Origin: Girardia tigrina
Taxonomy: Eukaryota
Direction: 5' to 3'
Length of the DNA stretch: 64,000 nt
NCBI GenBank assembly: GCA_001938485.1
Contig: MQRK01197175.1
Coordinates: forward strand, 1-64,000
Below are positions 26,648 to 41,329 of this stretch, piece by piece. The position numbers and the translations under genes were made by a program. The stretch's first letter is position 1. Each line of letters begins with the position of its first letter. The notes beneath the pieces were generated by a model. That model made no database searches. It was not told where the DNA came from and saw nothing but the letters and a program-made list of their open reading frames with translations.

Positions 26648-27384
26648 NNNNNNNNNNNNNNNNNNNNNNNNNNNNNNNNNNNNNNNNNNNNNNNNNNATA
26701 TATATATATATATATATATAAACGACTAAAACATACAAAACAAATGAAATATAACCAATAAAAATTTAGCTGACTTTCATTCGAAAAAGGCATTAAAACA
26801 TTTTAAGGGTATAACTATATAGAGGTCAGAAAAATAAACACATACAAAAATAAATACACACAAACAAAATAAAAGACACACATCATACATACAATTTTTT
26901 TACATTCATTAAGGGCATTTAACGTTTTATTCGGGTAATTTGTAAATTTAAAATAAATAAATTTTCAAAAATATAAATAAAAAAAATATTGTTGGTGCCC
27001 GAGCGTGTGCAGAGCGGTCGCGGGGTTCCGGGGTTGGGTATTCAGTGTTTCCGCGAAAAGGTTAGAAAGAAAGACCCATCTCACTGGAATCCACTTGCTG
27101 CTCATCATCTAACTCGGGTCCAAGCTTTCCGCTATCGGATACGTTTTTCGACGTAATCAATGAAGCGATCCTGGGGTCAGTAGAGTAGAGCGCCGTCACA
27201 ATTCCGGGAATATCAATCAACGTATTTGCAGCTACTCGACTATCGCCAGAATCAGGCTCGAATCAGAGAGAAACGCATCTCCCAGTTCAAAATGAACCGA
27301 TGCCGAATCTTGGTTTATCCATGACTGATGATCACATTGATTTTCTCCTTTTATGGTCCTCCGCTTCTTTGGCTAGCTCCCTTA

Positions 27385-28335
<951 letters not shown>

Positions 28336-30699
28336 CAATTAATATTTTTAAATGGCAAATATTTCATTTGAAAATAACTAACAAATCTTTCCTTAAACAA
28401 TTTATTTTTATTTCCCAAATTTACAAAAAAACGCTCTAATACTGCCGCAACAAAATAACATAATTTCCGAAACAAAATTCATTTTTTAAGTGACAAAATT
28501 TTTTGGTGTACCAACGGCGAATCATATAACGAATAAAAATAATTGGCCTATCACATGGGCCTTGCAAATAACAAACATTTGTTTTAAGCCACTACGTTAC
28601 GGTCTTTTATTTAATGTTTTTTATTTTGCAATTTTTTTGGCAGTTTTTATTTATTTTAATTTTTTTATTGATTTTTTTTATTATTTTTTTATGGATTTCT
28701 TTTATTTATTTTTTCTCTTTTTTTTTACATTTACAATTTTTCATCAATAAAATCACTGCGAAAACAAATGGAAATACAAAACGAGACACGATTGAAATGA
28801 AACAAAGGTCAATGCAACAAAATCTACAAATAAAACAGAATAAAAGTTTCTGAAAAACGATATTATAATCACTAGAAATTGGAAGCCATTATTGTACTCG
28901 CCTGACGAAGGGTAACAATATTTGGTCGAAGAAACCTGATGATGAAGATTAACCCTTCCAAAACTGGAGTTTCACTCGGAAATTTTCATTTTCAATGTCG
29001 ATAATTTTCCTTTATTTTTGAGAATGAGAGTCTCCAAGCGATTTGTTTAATCTTCAGTATTATAATTTGGAAATTTCTTATTAAATAAAGCTTTTTGTAT
29101 TCATTTAACCATTTTGGAATTGTTTCAATAAGAAAATTGTATTCATGATTTATTTCTGAGAGCAAATTCTAGCTAGTAAGACGGGTATTCTGGCTAATAA
29201 TTAAATTTCGAGACCTTTCTGTTTCCTCATTGTGCGAGATGATATTTCAGATGATACATCACTGTGAGAGATGATATATTTTTTGTTGTCCTTCGAGATG
29301 TGTAGCACTCCATACAAGCCAAATTGGCACTGGGTAGATTGGCTGTATCAGCCCCTGAAATGCAAATCAAACAAATATTTTAAAATGGATGAACAATATT
29401 TGTTATTAGCAGTGCAACTGAAAATTCTAGAATTATTGATACAAGGCATTAATAAGTTTTTTAATAATTTTTAGCACACAACTTTAGAACTCCTAAATTA
29501 AAAGTATATCGGACAATTTTGAGAAAATTGAACAGTTACGACAGAAAACGAGTCAAAGTTCGTAAAAATTTGTATTATATTTAACTTAAATATAATATAA
29601 AATATATAATATAAATATAATATAATATTAAAATCTTATATTTATATTTTTCCGTCTTAGCTTATGAAAATAGACATAAACGTGCATTGATTATAATAAA
29701 ATAATTATATTTTGTATATTAAATGTAAATAAATTTATAAAAAAAAATCTTATTTCTTATTTTTTTATTGATTAAGTCAATATATCTAAAATTGTGAGTA
29801 GTAAATATTCAATAATAAGTTTAATTTATCCAAAACAAATGACTTAAATTGTGAGTAATAAATTTATCCAGTGCCCTTAATGAATGTTAAAGGGCCCTAA
29901 TTGAATGTAAACGGGTGTAAAACCTGTCACGTCTATCTGAACATGGAATATTAGTCTAACAGCAAAGAGGCTAACAATAACTAACCAATCATGAATAACC
30001 AAAAGTCACTACTACATGTGTTTCTTACCGAGACACACATGTCCATTTATCGGTAAGACACAGTTGCAGATACAAACGCACACACTCATGAATATTTTAT
30101 TACGATGAACAGGTAGCTTCATTCATAGAGAAGAAAAAATATTCGTTCTCTCTCCCGTCACGTACACCCCCACACACACATATTTTAAATGTACATAAAA
30201 ATACGAATAAAGCCCGGGTGGCAAGAGAATGCCTAATTGAATTATGTCTCTTACTCCTGCTGGAATAGCAGTGACTCATGCATATGTTACTGAAACTTCT
30301 TTTAAGAGGGCTTTTTTGTGGCCCCCCACAGCCGGTTTTATTATATGAACTTTGGAACCCAGCCCCGTATTTCGAGCACTGAGTGTAATGACTGTTCATG
30401 GAATATCATCGGAATTTTTTTTCAAGCATCCTCAAAATAAATTAAGTCCAGTAAACTGATTTAAAGTCTAACTAGTAAATCAAACAAAATTTATTTTATG
30501 TCCATGCTTTATGCGGGCAAAACTCTGTTTGACCAACAGAATTTTTTATTTTTTTTTTAAATTTCTCTATAAATTAAACAAAAAAGCAATAAAATACATT
30601 AAAAAATTGAAAAAAAATATATATTATATTTTGAAATAATTAAAACGCTCAACTATCACCTTTATATGAGAAAAAATATTCGTGAAAATATGTCAACTA

Positions 30700-31550
30700 A
30701 GTAAACTGACACTCTCTTTTTTACCGGTTCAAAAACCTTATTCATTAATTCCTGAAACTTTCTTGGTGCTGCTGTTGTGCCAAAAGGCATACTTTTTTAA
30801 CAAAATTGTCCTGATTTAGTTGAAAACGCCGTCTTTTCCTGCGACTCCTTGTTCAATTCTACTTGGTAGTATGCGTTTCTTAAGTCTATTGTGCTGAAAT
30901 ATTTCGCTCCGTGTAACCTATCCATCATCTCAGTTATGTTCTGCATGGGGAATATTTGTCTCTTTGTAATTAGATTTAATTACAAAGTCTAGGCATAGTC
31001 TGATTTCATCATTGTCCTTTATTCAGACACATATTATCGGTGTGTTCTATTGTGAGTTATATGGTCTTATTATTCCATTTGTTTCTAGTTTCTTAATTGC
31101 TTCTTCCAATTTACCCCCAAAATGTACCGGCTGTCTTCTTGGTTTTATATTTATTGGTTCCATGTTGTTTCTTTTCTGGGACGTAGTAAGTTCGTAAAAC
31201 CAATATCCCAGTTGTTTGCCATAAATATACCTAAATATTGGTGCATTAATTTCTCTATTGGTTTATCGTTCTATGTTTCTATCGTTTTTAATGCCTATTT
31301 ACCTCGATATTCATCCGTAATCTTTTTTCCCAAATTTCGCCTCGATTTCGCACATATTAAATTTACTATTTTCTTGATTTTGTTCTTTCCATTGTAGTTC
31401 TATTCCGTACTCTTTCATCAAAGGCATGCCTCCTATCATGTCTGGTTTTAAACTTATCACTATTACAAATCTTATTTGCTCAACTTTCTTTCCAATTTTC
31501 ACTACCGCCTCTATTTCTGATTTAAAATCCATTTGTAACCCATCCACATG
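30700..31550 (-). mobile_element. Gypsy LTR-retrotransposon protease/RT fragment, degenerate
   Basis: DMIGGMPL, EIRLCLDF and KTAFSTKSGQF..MPFGTTAAPRKFQELMNKVF motifs. Confidence 0.85.
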
Positions 31551-32649
31551 TCATACAACTTAGTTTACAAAAACTTGGATGATGAAAAATAACATTTTCT
31601 TCTGGATATGGTCTTCTGAAAGCCCAAATTTGTCATATAGAGAATGTTTGGACAATTATGAAAAAGGATTTACAAAAGAAACGTCCTAAAAATGAAATTA
31701 ATTATAAAAATAAAATTTTAACAATATTAATACCTTAATGCCAGGGTTTTTCTTTGAAATGTGGTTAAAAAGTAGGTTTTATTGTTTTTATTTGTAATAT
31801 TGATAACGTAGAAGTTGTAATGTAACCTTAAAAAACCAGCACTAAATTCGAATGAGCATACAATAAATATAAACTAAGCTCTATAAAATACAAATGGGCG
31901 AGAAATTATCAATTCAGATAAAAATATAAACATAATATTTATAAGTAGCGAGAGGTATTCGGGATAGCGCAAATCGGATCACATTTAATGTGTGAGAGGG
32001 TCTCGTTTGAGATGCTTAAGTGGTTTAACCACTTAAATAGTTTTCAAATTGGAATATGTTAAGATTTATACAATTAAATGAATTGAAGAAGGGAAGAAAT
32101 CATTAAAGCAAAGGGCGATGTTACAAGATTTTAAATAGTAGGTGTCAGAATTCTTTTGAATTCTAGAACAAATTTTGAATGCGAATAAAATTTTTATTAT
32201 TTAAATTTTTTATTTGATTTCTTCAAATTTATTTTAGAATTGTATTTAGATTATCGTAAAATATCAAATTAATTCGTCTATAGTACAAATAAGTATTTAT
32301 TATTTATATTTTCAAATTAATAAAATATTTTACATTTTCCGAATACATATGTATTTAAAATTCTTTATCTACAACAACTGGAAGAAAAGCATTTCTAAAA
32401 TAATTTGAATAAAATTTTTTTAATAAACTTTTATTAAATAATAAGTAAAATAATATCAATGTCAATTATGGAAGTTCTATAAATATGTCTGAAACTACAT
32501 AAAGTAATTACTTCAATCCACGGTTGGTGATCGATTACCACAGTCAGGACAGTATGTATTGTCGTTAACCTTTTATCGACTACATGGAATATCTACGTGG
32601 GGTGTGCATAGGATTAAAATTATAATAGGTTTAATTATCAGTTTCAATT

Positions 32650-32762
32650 TGTGAGGAATATTTTTAATTGTTTGAATGTGTAAATGTAGTGATGCTGTAT
32701 GTTGATTTGAGTATGTTGACTTTAGAATGGTGATTCTCCCACCAAGATGGAAATTGGTATTT
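32650..32762 (+). repeat. TGTGAGGAAT module copy A (LTR-like terminus, truncated)
   Basis: Nearly identical to the reverse complement of 53205-53314. Confidence 0.75.
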
Positions 32763-32946
32763 TTTGTTGTTACTGTAGCAACATGATTATTTCAACCAAG
32801 AAATGTCAAGAAAACAAAAATATTAAATATTTATTTATAAATAAAAATATTTTTAATAAGCAATTTTAAATAAACTTTGAAATAAATTTTGAAAATAAAG
32901 TTTAAATAATTTTTGAAATAAATTTTCAGGATTTAAAAATTAAATC

Positions 32947-33427
32947 TGTGAGGAATATTTGGTGTGTGGATGTTTTTGTGTAGTTTTTGTATGTTTAAAT
33001 GTTGTATGTTGATTTGGGATTGTGCCTCTCCTAACCAGATGGAGTGTCAATATTTAATTTTTATAATCTGAAACTAATTTATTTAAAGTTAGATTTAATA
33101 TTCAAATTTTTAGTTTTTATTATTGTACTTTTTAAATAATTTTAATGATTTTATTTTTGTAAANNNNNNNNNNNNNNNNNNNNNNNNNNNNNNNNNNNNN
33201 NNNNNNNNNNNNNNNNNNNNNNNNNNNNNNNNNNNNNNNNNNNNNNNNNNNNNNNNNNNNNNNNNNNNNNNNNNNNNNNNNNGAGATATTGAAAAAATTG
33301 ATTGATGGAATCTAGTGAAAGCCTTACTGTTGATCATCATAAAGATGATAAAAATTGTGAATGTAATAAATGTTCTGACAAATGTGTGAGTTCTCTTAAC
33401 AAAATCGAAAAGAATTTAATAGATTAA
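32947..33427 (+). repeat. TGTGAGGAAT module copy B with 40-aa micro-ORF (33305-33427)
   Basis: TGTGAGGAATATTT...TGTATGTTGATTTG...TCTCCTAACCAGATGG, then MESSESLTVDHHKDDKNCECNKCSDKCVSSLNKIEKNLID*. Confidence 0.65.
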
Positions 33428-34772
33428 TTTGAGTCGAGATAATTAAATTAACAGGAAAATTTGTTTTAAATATGTGAATTGTTATATAAATAAATTTTGG
33501 TGTTAAAAAAATGAATCCTGATATTGAGGTTGCAACCAATTCTCACAAAAAGTTTACTTCAATATGTAAACTTTAAGTAATTTAACACGCTCTTTTACTA
33601 TAAAAATAATAGGAAATTGGAAAATAAAATTCAAAAATAAAATTAATATAGAAAGACCTACATATGCAAGTATTTAGTCAATTTTAACATGAAAAGAATA
33701 AAGAAAAATATTAATTATTAAAATGGAGCGTTTCCTTTTGAAAAAAGGTTTTAATTAAATCTAAAAGCTTCCGAAAAATTTATATTCTTTGAAAAAAAAT
33801 GTTTTTTTCAATTTAATTGTTTTTTTGTTAATTTTAAAGGTAAATTCAAATTATTGTATGTGTATATGATTTTACAAATGTTTTTTTTGCTTATTTATTG
33901 TATGATTTATTTAAAGGAAAAACTCAGGTGAGAGTTAACATATCAACAAGAGAGATAAAATCGCCTCAGAAAATATATTTTAATGAAACATTATATCTAT
34001 TCACATAAATTTTATATCAAAACACATCTATTAATGATTTAATTATCTCCTTCGAATTAAGGACGTGATCCGTAGACGTTTGAGAACCTCTTTGTGGATT
34101 GAAAAGGGTTTCTCATTCTTATAGATCGTAGTTGCTTCATTCGAGTAAAACCACAAAATAGTCAACAGGTTTTCTTTCTTCAACAGTTACTGATTCTTTT
34201 TTAATGTTTTCATGATCAGCATTCAGATCGTTCATTTGAAAAGGTCGCACATTCGAAACGTGTCGCAATGGGTCCTTCACTTATACTTTTTATCACTTAT
34301 TTCTCGCGTTTTGGCTCCTGGATGCCATGGCTGTGCATCGCCTGTCAATAGGTTTGACGAACAGGCTTAGCTATTCTAAAGTTATACTCCCGTCTATTTG
34401 TTAATTATTTAATTCAACTGATTTTAGGGGTTGGTCTGTATGCTTTAAGATTTCATGTAAAAAGACTGATTTTCTTCATCACTGTTGTCCTTCGGTGAAG
34501 AGTTACACCAATAAACCACCTAAAATTTTATTGTTCCATGTGCATGCTAAATTATTTTATTAATAGATGGACAATGGGCACAACAATATTCTTAGCAACA
34601 TTACAATTCGCGTGAACACATTTATTAGCAACACAAACAAATGCATTTTCAGTAGCACAATTTGTGGAAAGCATCGTTCTTGATTAATATTTTTTTGTAT
34701 CTATATGCAAAATCTTGATTAATGAATGATATATAAATAATAATAACTTTTAATTTCTCAAAATTTTATTGG

Positions 34773-35398
34773 ATAGAAATGCATTAACATATCAATCTCA
34801 TCTGAGTAGGAGAGTCACCAATCTATACAGCATACAAACAGCATGTTCATAACATTCAGAATTTTTTTCACATATATAATAATGAGAAGCCTATGTTCCC
34901 AATAAACTGAATTAATTCTTTGACACTGTCTACAGTTTTTTTTACAATTTCTAACACCCTATTCCGCTAAACTGTTAGCTCTAGATAACTTTTATAAATG
35001 AAGTATCTTATCTATATTCATATGGGAAACCACTACGATATAATTAATAAGATTTACAAGAATATCCTAAACTTATATTATATTATATACCCTACCAGTT
35101 TAGGATATTCTTGTAAATCTTATTAATTATATCGTAGTGGTTTCCCATATGGATATAGATAAGATACTTCATTTATAAAAGTTATCTAGAGGTAAAAGTT
35201 TAGAGGGATAGGTTGTTAGAAATTGTAAAAAAAACTGTAGACAGTGTCAAAGAATTAATTCAGTTTATTGGGAACATAGACTTCTCATTATTATATATGT
35301 GAAAAAAAATTCTGAATGTTATGAACATGCTGTTTGTATGCTGTATAGATTGGTGACTCTCCTACTCAGATGAGATTGATATGTTAATGCATTTCTAT
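34773..35398. repeat. ~625-bp near-perfect palindrome (foldback MITE)
   Basis: Arms ATAGAAATGCATTAACATATC... / ...GATATGTTAATGCATTTCTAT pair almost to a short spacer at about 35073-35097. Confidence 0.92.
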
Positions 35399-35536
35399 AA
35401 TAACCGATACACACATGACTCTCAAAATTTTTTAGCCGTTAATCGCGCACGTGATATTGTGCATCAAGATAACAAAAAAGAAAGATTATTTGTTTTCAAA
35501 GGAAGATGAAGGAAAGGAAAAATTGAAGAATATGTA

Positions 35537-35685
35537 TTTAATGTGAAAAAATATCAATTTAATATGAAAAATAGACTCCAAATGTAAAATTTGTATTCAT
35601 AGTTATTTGGTGACAAACTGAATCGCAAACTTATGTATTTTAAAACATTTTTTTCATATTAAATTGATATTTTTTCATATTAAAT
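35537..35685. repeat. Short inverted-repeat MITE
   Basis: ATTTAATGTGAAAAAATATCAATTTAATATGAAAAA / TTTTTCATATTAAATTGATATTTTTTCATATTAAAT. Confidence 0.6.
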
Positions 35686-36455
35686 GTTAATATCAGTTTT
35701 ATAATTGAATAAAAAATTTTTTAAAAATTGCTTAGTTCGTGAATTTGGCATAACATATGCGTTACCTTGATAAGTTGTTTTAGTTTTAATGGAGAAAATC
35801 TCTTTGGAAAATTTTTAAAAGTTGTCGTGGAAAAATAAGTTCTTTTTTGAATTAAATATTATTTTTATTTTTGCTCAAAAATACAGAGGTCTTCATGGAT
35901 ATATATAATTATAATTGAAGATTATCAATATAATAAATGTTCCTATATTAGTGAACAGTTAATTAATAAGATAATTAAAATAATGTTAGACTATAAAGAA
36001 GACATAAAAAGAAAAAATATCAAATAAACGTGTTATCGACAATTATAATATCCTGTTTGGTTTGATAAAGATATAAGCAAAGACCTAGTTATTGTAGTTG
36101 GAGAGTTACAATAAGGTCTATGTAATTAAATTAATTGTTTGAATAAATTATTTTATTTTTATCTTCTAAATATCAATAAATTATATAGGAAGAATCGTAA
36201 ATAAAATATAAATATAAAATAAACCTATTTAAACAACGAAGCAAATTATTAAAAAAAATTCAATTACTTTCTAGAAGATTAACCGTCATCTTCAGATAAA
36301 GCAAACAAATATATAATAATATTTATACCTCAAATTAATGTTCCTGAATTCATTAACTTTCGACAAAGTTGAAAATGGAATTTGAACTGGTTTTGGGGAT
36401 GATAAAATTTTTTCATCAAGGCTCCTTGACGCAATACTATTTCGGAGAAATTAAT

Positions 36456-39400
36456 GGTATACGACCAAAATTTCTAAACTAAAATTTCTGAAACGAGAAT
36501 TTCTAAAATCAAAATTTCTAAATTCAAATATATTANGTTGGTCGAAAAATAATGGCGGTTTTAGGACACAAACTTCAAAGACGTGCAAATTCACAGAAAC
36601 AAAAGTTTATTAATCAAAGTATGAACCGTTGGCATCAATACATTTTTGCCAACGAGAAACAAGTTGTTTTATTCCATCAGCATAAAATGCATCGGTTCTC
36701 GAAGCGACGAATTCTTGGAAAACATTTTGAGCATCATTTTGGTTTTTGAAAATTTTTTCACGTAGGAAGTACAAATGCCTGAAAAAGTAGAAGTCCGTTG
36801 GCGAGAGGTCTGGTGAATATGGTGGATGAAGCAGGGTTTCATAGCCCAACTCATTAAGCTTTTGAAGNNNNNNNNNNNNNNNNNNNNNNNNNNNNNNNNN
36901 NNNNNNNNNNNNNNNNNGCGAGAGGTCTGGTGAATATGGTGGATGAAGCAGGGTTTCATAGCCCAACTCATTAAGCTTTTGAAGAGTCACTTTTGAAATA
37001 TGAGGTCTAGCGTTATCATGAAGAAGGATGGGAATTCTTCGATTGACCAATCCCGAACAAAGGGTTTTCATTTTTTTATGCATTTCATCAATTTCATGAC
37101 AGTACCTCTGTACCTGTGATTGTTTCACCTGGATTCAAGAAACTATAGTGGATTATTCCAGTATCACACCACCAAACTGTCACCATAACCTTACGGGGTG
37201 TTAGTTTCGGTTTTGGAAAGTGTTTCGGTACTTCATCTTTGTCCAACCACTGTGCAGATCGACGTCGGTTATCATACAGGATCCATTTCCCATCACAGGT
37301 AACAATACGATCAAGAAATGGATCGTTTTTATTGCGAAGATGATTGGCAGAACAAATTTCATAGTGTCGGTTCTTTTGATTTTCATTCAAATCATGAGGA
37401 ACCCATTTATTAAGTTTCTTGATTTTTCCAAGTTATTTTAAATGATCCAGGACTGTTGAATGACTAATGCCCAACCCATCTGCAAGTTCTCTGATTGTTG
37501 TACGGGGATCTGTTTCCATCATTGTCCTCAAATTGTCGTTGTTCACAGCAACAGGACGACCACGACCTTCTTCATCTTCAAGGTTTACATCTCCATCAGA
37601 AAATTTTCAGAACCATCGTTGCACTGTGCGCTCAGAAGCTGTAACCTTGCCAAACGCTTTATTGATATTGCGAGCCGTTTCTGCTGCTTTACGACCCAGT
37701 TTAAATTCGTACAAGAAAATTGCTCGAATTTTAATTTTTTTCATTATTAGTTTAACACCGTATATATTCTAAAAATAACAGCAATATGTTAATAATGGCT
37801 ATAGGAATATACAGCTTGGCATGAGATTTCAAATAATACATAACACTAATACATTTAAACTTATATACATATCAAAGTAGATAAACAAAGTATAAAGCTC
37901 AAAAACCGCCATTATTTTTCGACCAACCTAATATTAAAACGAGACTTTCTAAAATCAATTTTTTTAAAAAAATACATTTGTTTTAATCATTAAAAGAAGT
38001 CGAATTGCAATTTATTTGAAGTGTAAGTTAAATATTTTGTTAATTTAGTAAATATTATAGTTTAATTTTCTAGGTGAAAAATGGATGTAGAATTTATTTG
38101 GTCATCACAAAATAAATTTAAACTTGTTTTAAGTGGACATACATTTATAAAAATAATGTAAAAATGAAAAATACATTGGTAATGTGTCCAATATCTCAGA
38201 TTATCCTGCAATATCACTGCAATAGCTATAACACAAGGAGATACTCTCATTAGAACTTCATTTGCGCACAATCATCCAGCTGATACAACAGCAGTTACAG
38301 CTGAGAGGACATTCAGTAAAATTATAAGTGCTTTAAGAGGCACCCATTATTCCCTTTCTGTTATAACAGATTCTCTAATTTTTGTAGATACACAAATAAC
38401 AGTAAACTTGTCGACGTTTATTAATATCAAAAGACGAATTTATGCTAGAAATATACCAGGTCCCATACTTCCTGTTTCAAGAGAATTTATGACAATTGAG
38501 GATAAATATAAATTTACATTTTGAGGTGATTTATTTCTACTGTTTCATTCAGGCCATATTAAAGATACTAATATTTGGAACTCAAAACAATCTTAGTGTA
38601 CTTAGGGAAAGTGATCACTGGCATACCGCTGATAGAACATTTAAGGTAGTTCCATCATTATTCTGTCAATTTATACTATCCATGCAATGAAAAATGGTAC
38701 ATCGTTACCATTGATTTATGCTCTTCTGACATTCAAGAAGCTACGAGACTCTAATGAAGAAAGCGAAGGAGTTAACTCTAAATCATACTTCAATTTTCTT
38801 TTATGACAGACTTTGAATTGTCAATGATAAGAGCAGTTGCCATCCATTTTTCCAAATTCTATTCATAAAGGCAGTTTTTATCACTTTTCTCAATGCATTT
38901 GGAGACAAATTTGTTCTATTGGATTAAAGTTTCAATATGAGAGCGATATAAACATTCAACAGTCGATGAAAAAATTTAGTTCTTTAGCATTCGTTTCTTC
39001 AACAAAGTATTTTGAAGTACTTTGCGATTCATCTTCAATTTATTCTGAACCAGACGTGTTGAAGTTTGTTAGTTACTTTTAAGATAATTGGATTGAAAGA
39101 TACGAAGAAAATGGCAATCGCAGAAAACCTAAATTTCCACTTAACATATGGAATTCTTATGATAATATTATAACCGGACTTCCAAGAACCAATAATAATA
39201 TCGAAGGATGGCATCGAGGTTTTAGTGAATTAGTAACATCATTCAATCCAATTATTTGGAAGTTTCTTGATGCTCTTAAAAAAGAACAAAATAATACTGA
39301 AATAAAACTTCAACAAATTTTAAGTGGACAGAGGTTAACGAAAAGAGTTAGGTATCAATTACTAATCGAACAACTAGGCCTAATTATTCAAGGTTGGAAG

Positions 39401-39727
39401 GAAAATCCAGTTGAATATTTAACGTCAATTGCCTTCAACATTGCAAGCATAATATGCAAGCTATTGTGTTTTTAGATATAATACAATATTCAAAAATTGC
39501 TTATGTGATTGATTTTATTTTGTAATTTTTGCTAAGTTTTATATGTTGTATTTTCATATTTATTCTGAAAAGAAAATAATGTCTGTTTTATAGTAAAAGT
39601 TTATGTGATTTGACTATGATTTGAAAAATATGTAGACGAACATGAAAAACGTAGTTTAGGTTTAGAGATATTATTTCAATAAATTTTTTTCAAATATTTT
39701 GTTTTTAGAAATTCTCGACCCAAATCC
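36456..39727 (+). mobile_element. MULE transposon with a nested mariner
   Basis: GG...CC ends with AATTTCTAAA subterminal repeats; degenerate transposase at about 38080-39440 (DRTFKVVP, MTDFE, GSFYHFSQCIWRQI, RTNNNIEGWHRGF). Confidence 0.8.
36533..37931 (-). mobile_element. mariner transposon, full length, frameshifted
   Basis: TA-flanked TIRs TTAGGTTGGTCGAAAAATAATGGCGGTTTT; WVPH, IVTCDGKW, HDNARPH and YSPDLSPTD motifs. Confidence 0.94.
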
Positions 39728-39983
39728 TTCTAATATATGTATTTTGAATATATTGGTAACCAACATCTAGTTTGTAAGAATTTTTTCGAAGCAAAAGGAT
39801 GTTGAATAGATGTGATTTATACCTAGATTAAAACTTAAAATATGTATTAAACGAAATTTATTTGTTGCTTTCGGCTTTTATGATAAATAGATTATTGTTC
39901 TATTTTCAATATATATATATTATATATATATATNNNNNNNNNNNNNNNNNNNNNNNNNNNNNNNNNNNNNNNNNNNNNNNNNN

Positions 39984-40015
<32 letters not shown>

Positions 40016-40943
40016 TTTATTTAGTAACATTTAATTTTAAAAAATATAATAATTGAATTTTACCGCTTGATAAATGGTTTGACTCTTCAAATATTTTCTT
40101 TTCTCTTTATCAAACTTATAATGATTGATTATTAGAACTAAATGAAGAATACTGTTAAAATTTCAAAATATTTTAATAAAAAAAAGTAGAAAAAAGTTCC
40201 TAAAATAGCTTATTTCTAACAAACAGTTTTACTTTTGAAAATATAATTAAAATAAATTGGAATTTAATTTAATGTTTTCTTAAATTATAAAGATTATTTT
40301 TGTTTAATATAAACTTGTTATTTAAGTCATAAAATAAAAATATTTTCTGAAAAATAAGATATTTATTTTTTTATTTTATTTTATTTAAATAAAAATTTTG
40401 AAATTATTTTTTTCAAAATTATGAAAAATTATGAATTTTGAAGAAAATTATTTCTAAACGTTATTTGAGGGAAAATTTTAAAATTCAATATATTTTTCTA
40501 CGATAAAGATATTTTAGAATTAATATATTTATTAATGGATGAAAACAATTTTAGAATTAATTAACTAAAAAAATAATTTTTGTAAAATAAATTAGTATAT
40601 ATTTTTTCGTAATTTTTTGTAGAATTATTTTTAATTGATAAAAGATGTTTGTTTTTGGTTAAGCAGATTTTTTCCATATTATTAATATATTTATAATATA
40701 TATAAATTATTTCTACACAAAATATTTTGCCATAATTTTAGTAAAAATATATTATTTTTATATTCAAAGGTTAAGGAACTATTTTCTAATGAAATTATTT
40801 GTCACATTACTGAGATACATTTTTATGCCATTAAAAAGTTTATTCTAGTGGTTTCCTCCCATTCAGATTTAAATTTTACTTGTAATATAATTCAACAGTT
40901 TTTCAATACATATATTTGTATTATATTTATATATAATAAAATA

Positions 40944-41329
40944 TCTTATCTTATAAAAGCCCAAGTCACTCACTGCCTGCCTGCCTGCCTGCCTGCCTCA
41001 CTAACGCTCATATTATCTACTTACAATTGTAAGTAGATATTTATATTAATAATAATNNNNNNNNNNNNNNNNNNNNNNNNNNNNNNNNNNNNNNNNNNNN
41101 NNNNNNNNNNNNNNNNNNNNNNNNNNNNNNNNNNNNNNNNNNNNNNNNNNNNNNNNNNNNNNNNNNNNNNNNNNNNNNNNNNNNNNNNNNNNNNNNNNNN
41201 NNNNNNNNNNNNNNNTGTCTTCTTTGTTTTAATGCATCTGTTCCACATCCAAAATTACTCAAATTAAAATTAAAAAATGAAATTTCTTTTCTCAATTTTA
41301 CCCGTCATACATGACGGGTTATTTACTAG
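40944..41329 (+). mobile_element. Non-autonomous Helitron, copy 3 (different 3' end)
   Basis: Same 5' TCTTATAAAAGCCCAAGTCACTCACTGCC; 3' hairpin ACCCGTCAT-AC-ATGACGGGT then CTAG|T. Confidence 0.82.

Noticed and set aside
28490-28853. Phe/Ile-rich membrane-like ORFs (also 3383-3598 and 7205-7485)
   Set aside because: Low-complexity T-rich DNA gives spurious hydrophobic ORFs.
28895-28970. CTGACGA / CTGATGA hammerhead-like cores
   Set aside because: No properly placed GAAA, stem III and NUH; at most decayed remnants.
36260-36300. Minus-strand CTGAAGA...GAAA hammerhead-like motif
   Set aside because: Stems II and III do not pair convincingly.
36460-36530. Short spaced repeats resembling a CRISPR array (also 16665-16740 and 45230-45300)
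   Set aside because: These are MULE subterminal repeats in a eukaryotic context; no unique spacers or cas genes.
36800-36985. Tandem LQKLNELGYETLLHPPYSPDLS repeat in the mariner
   Set aside because: Contig-overlap duplication around an N gap.
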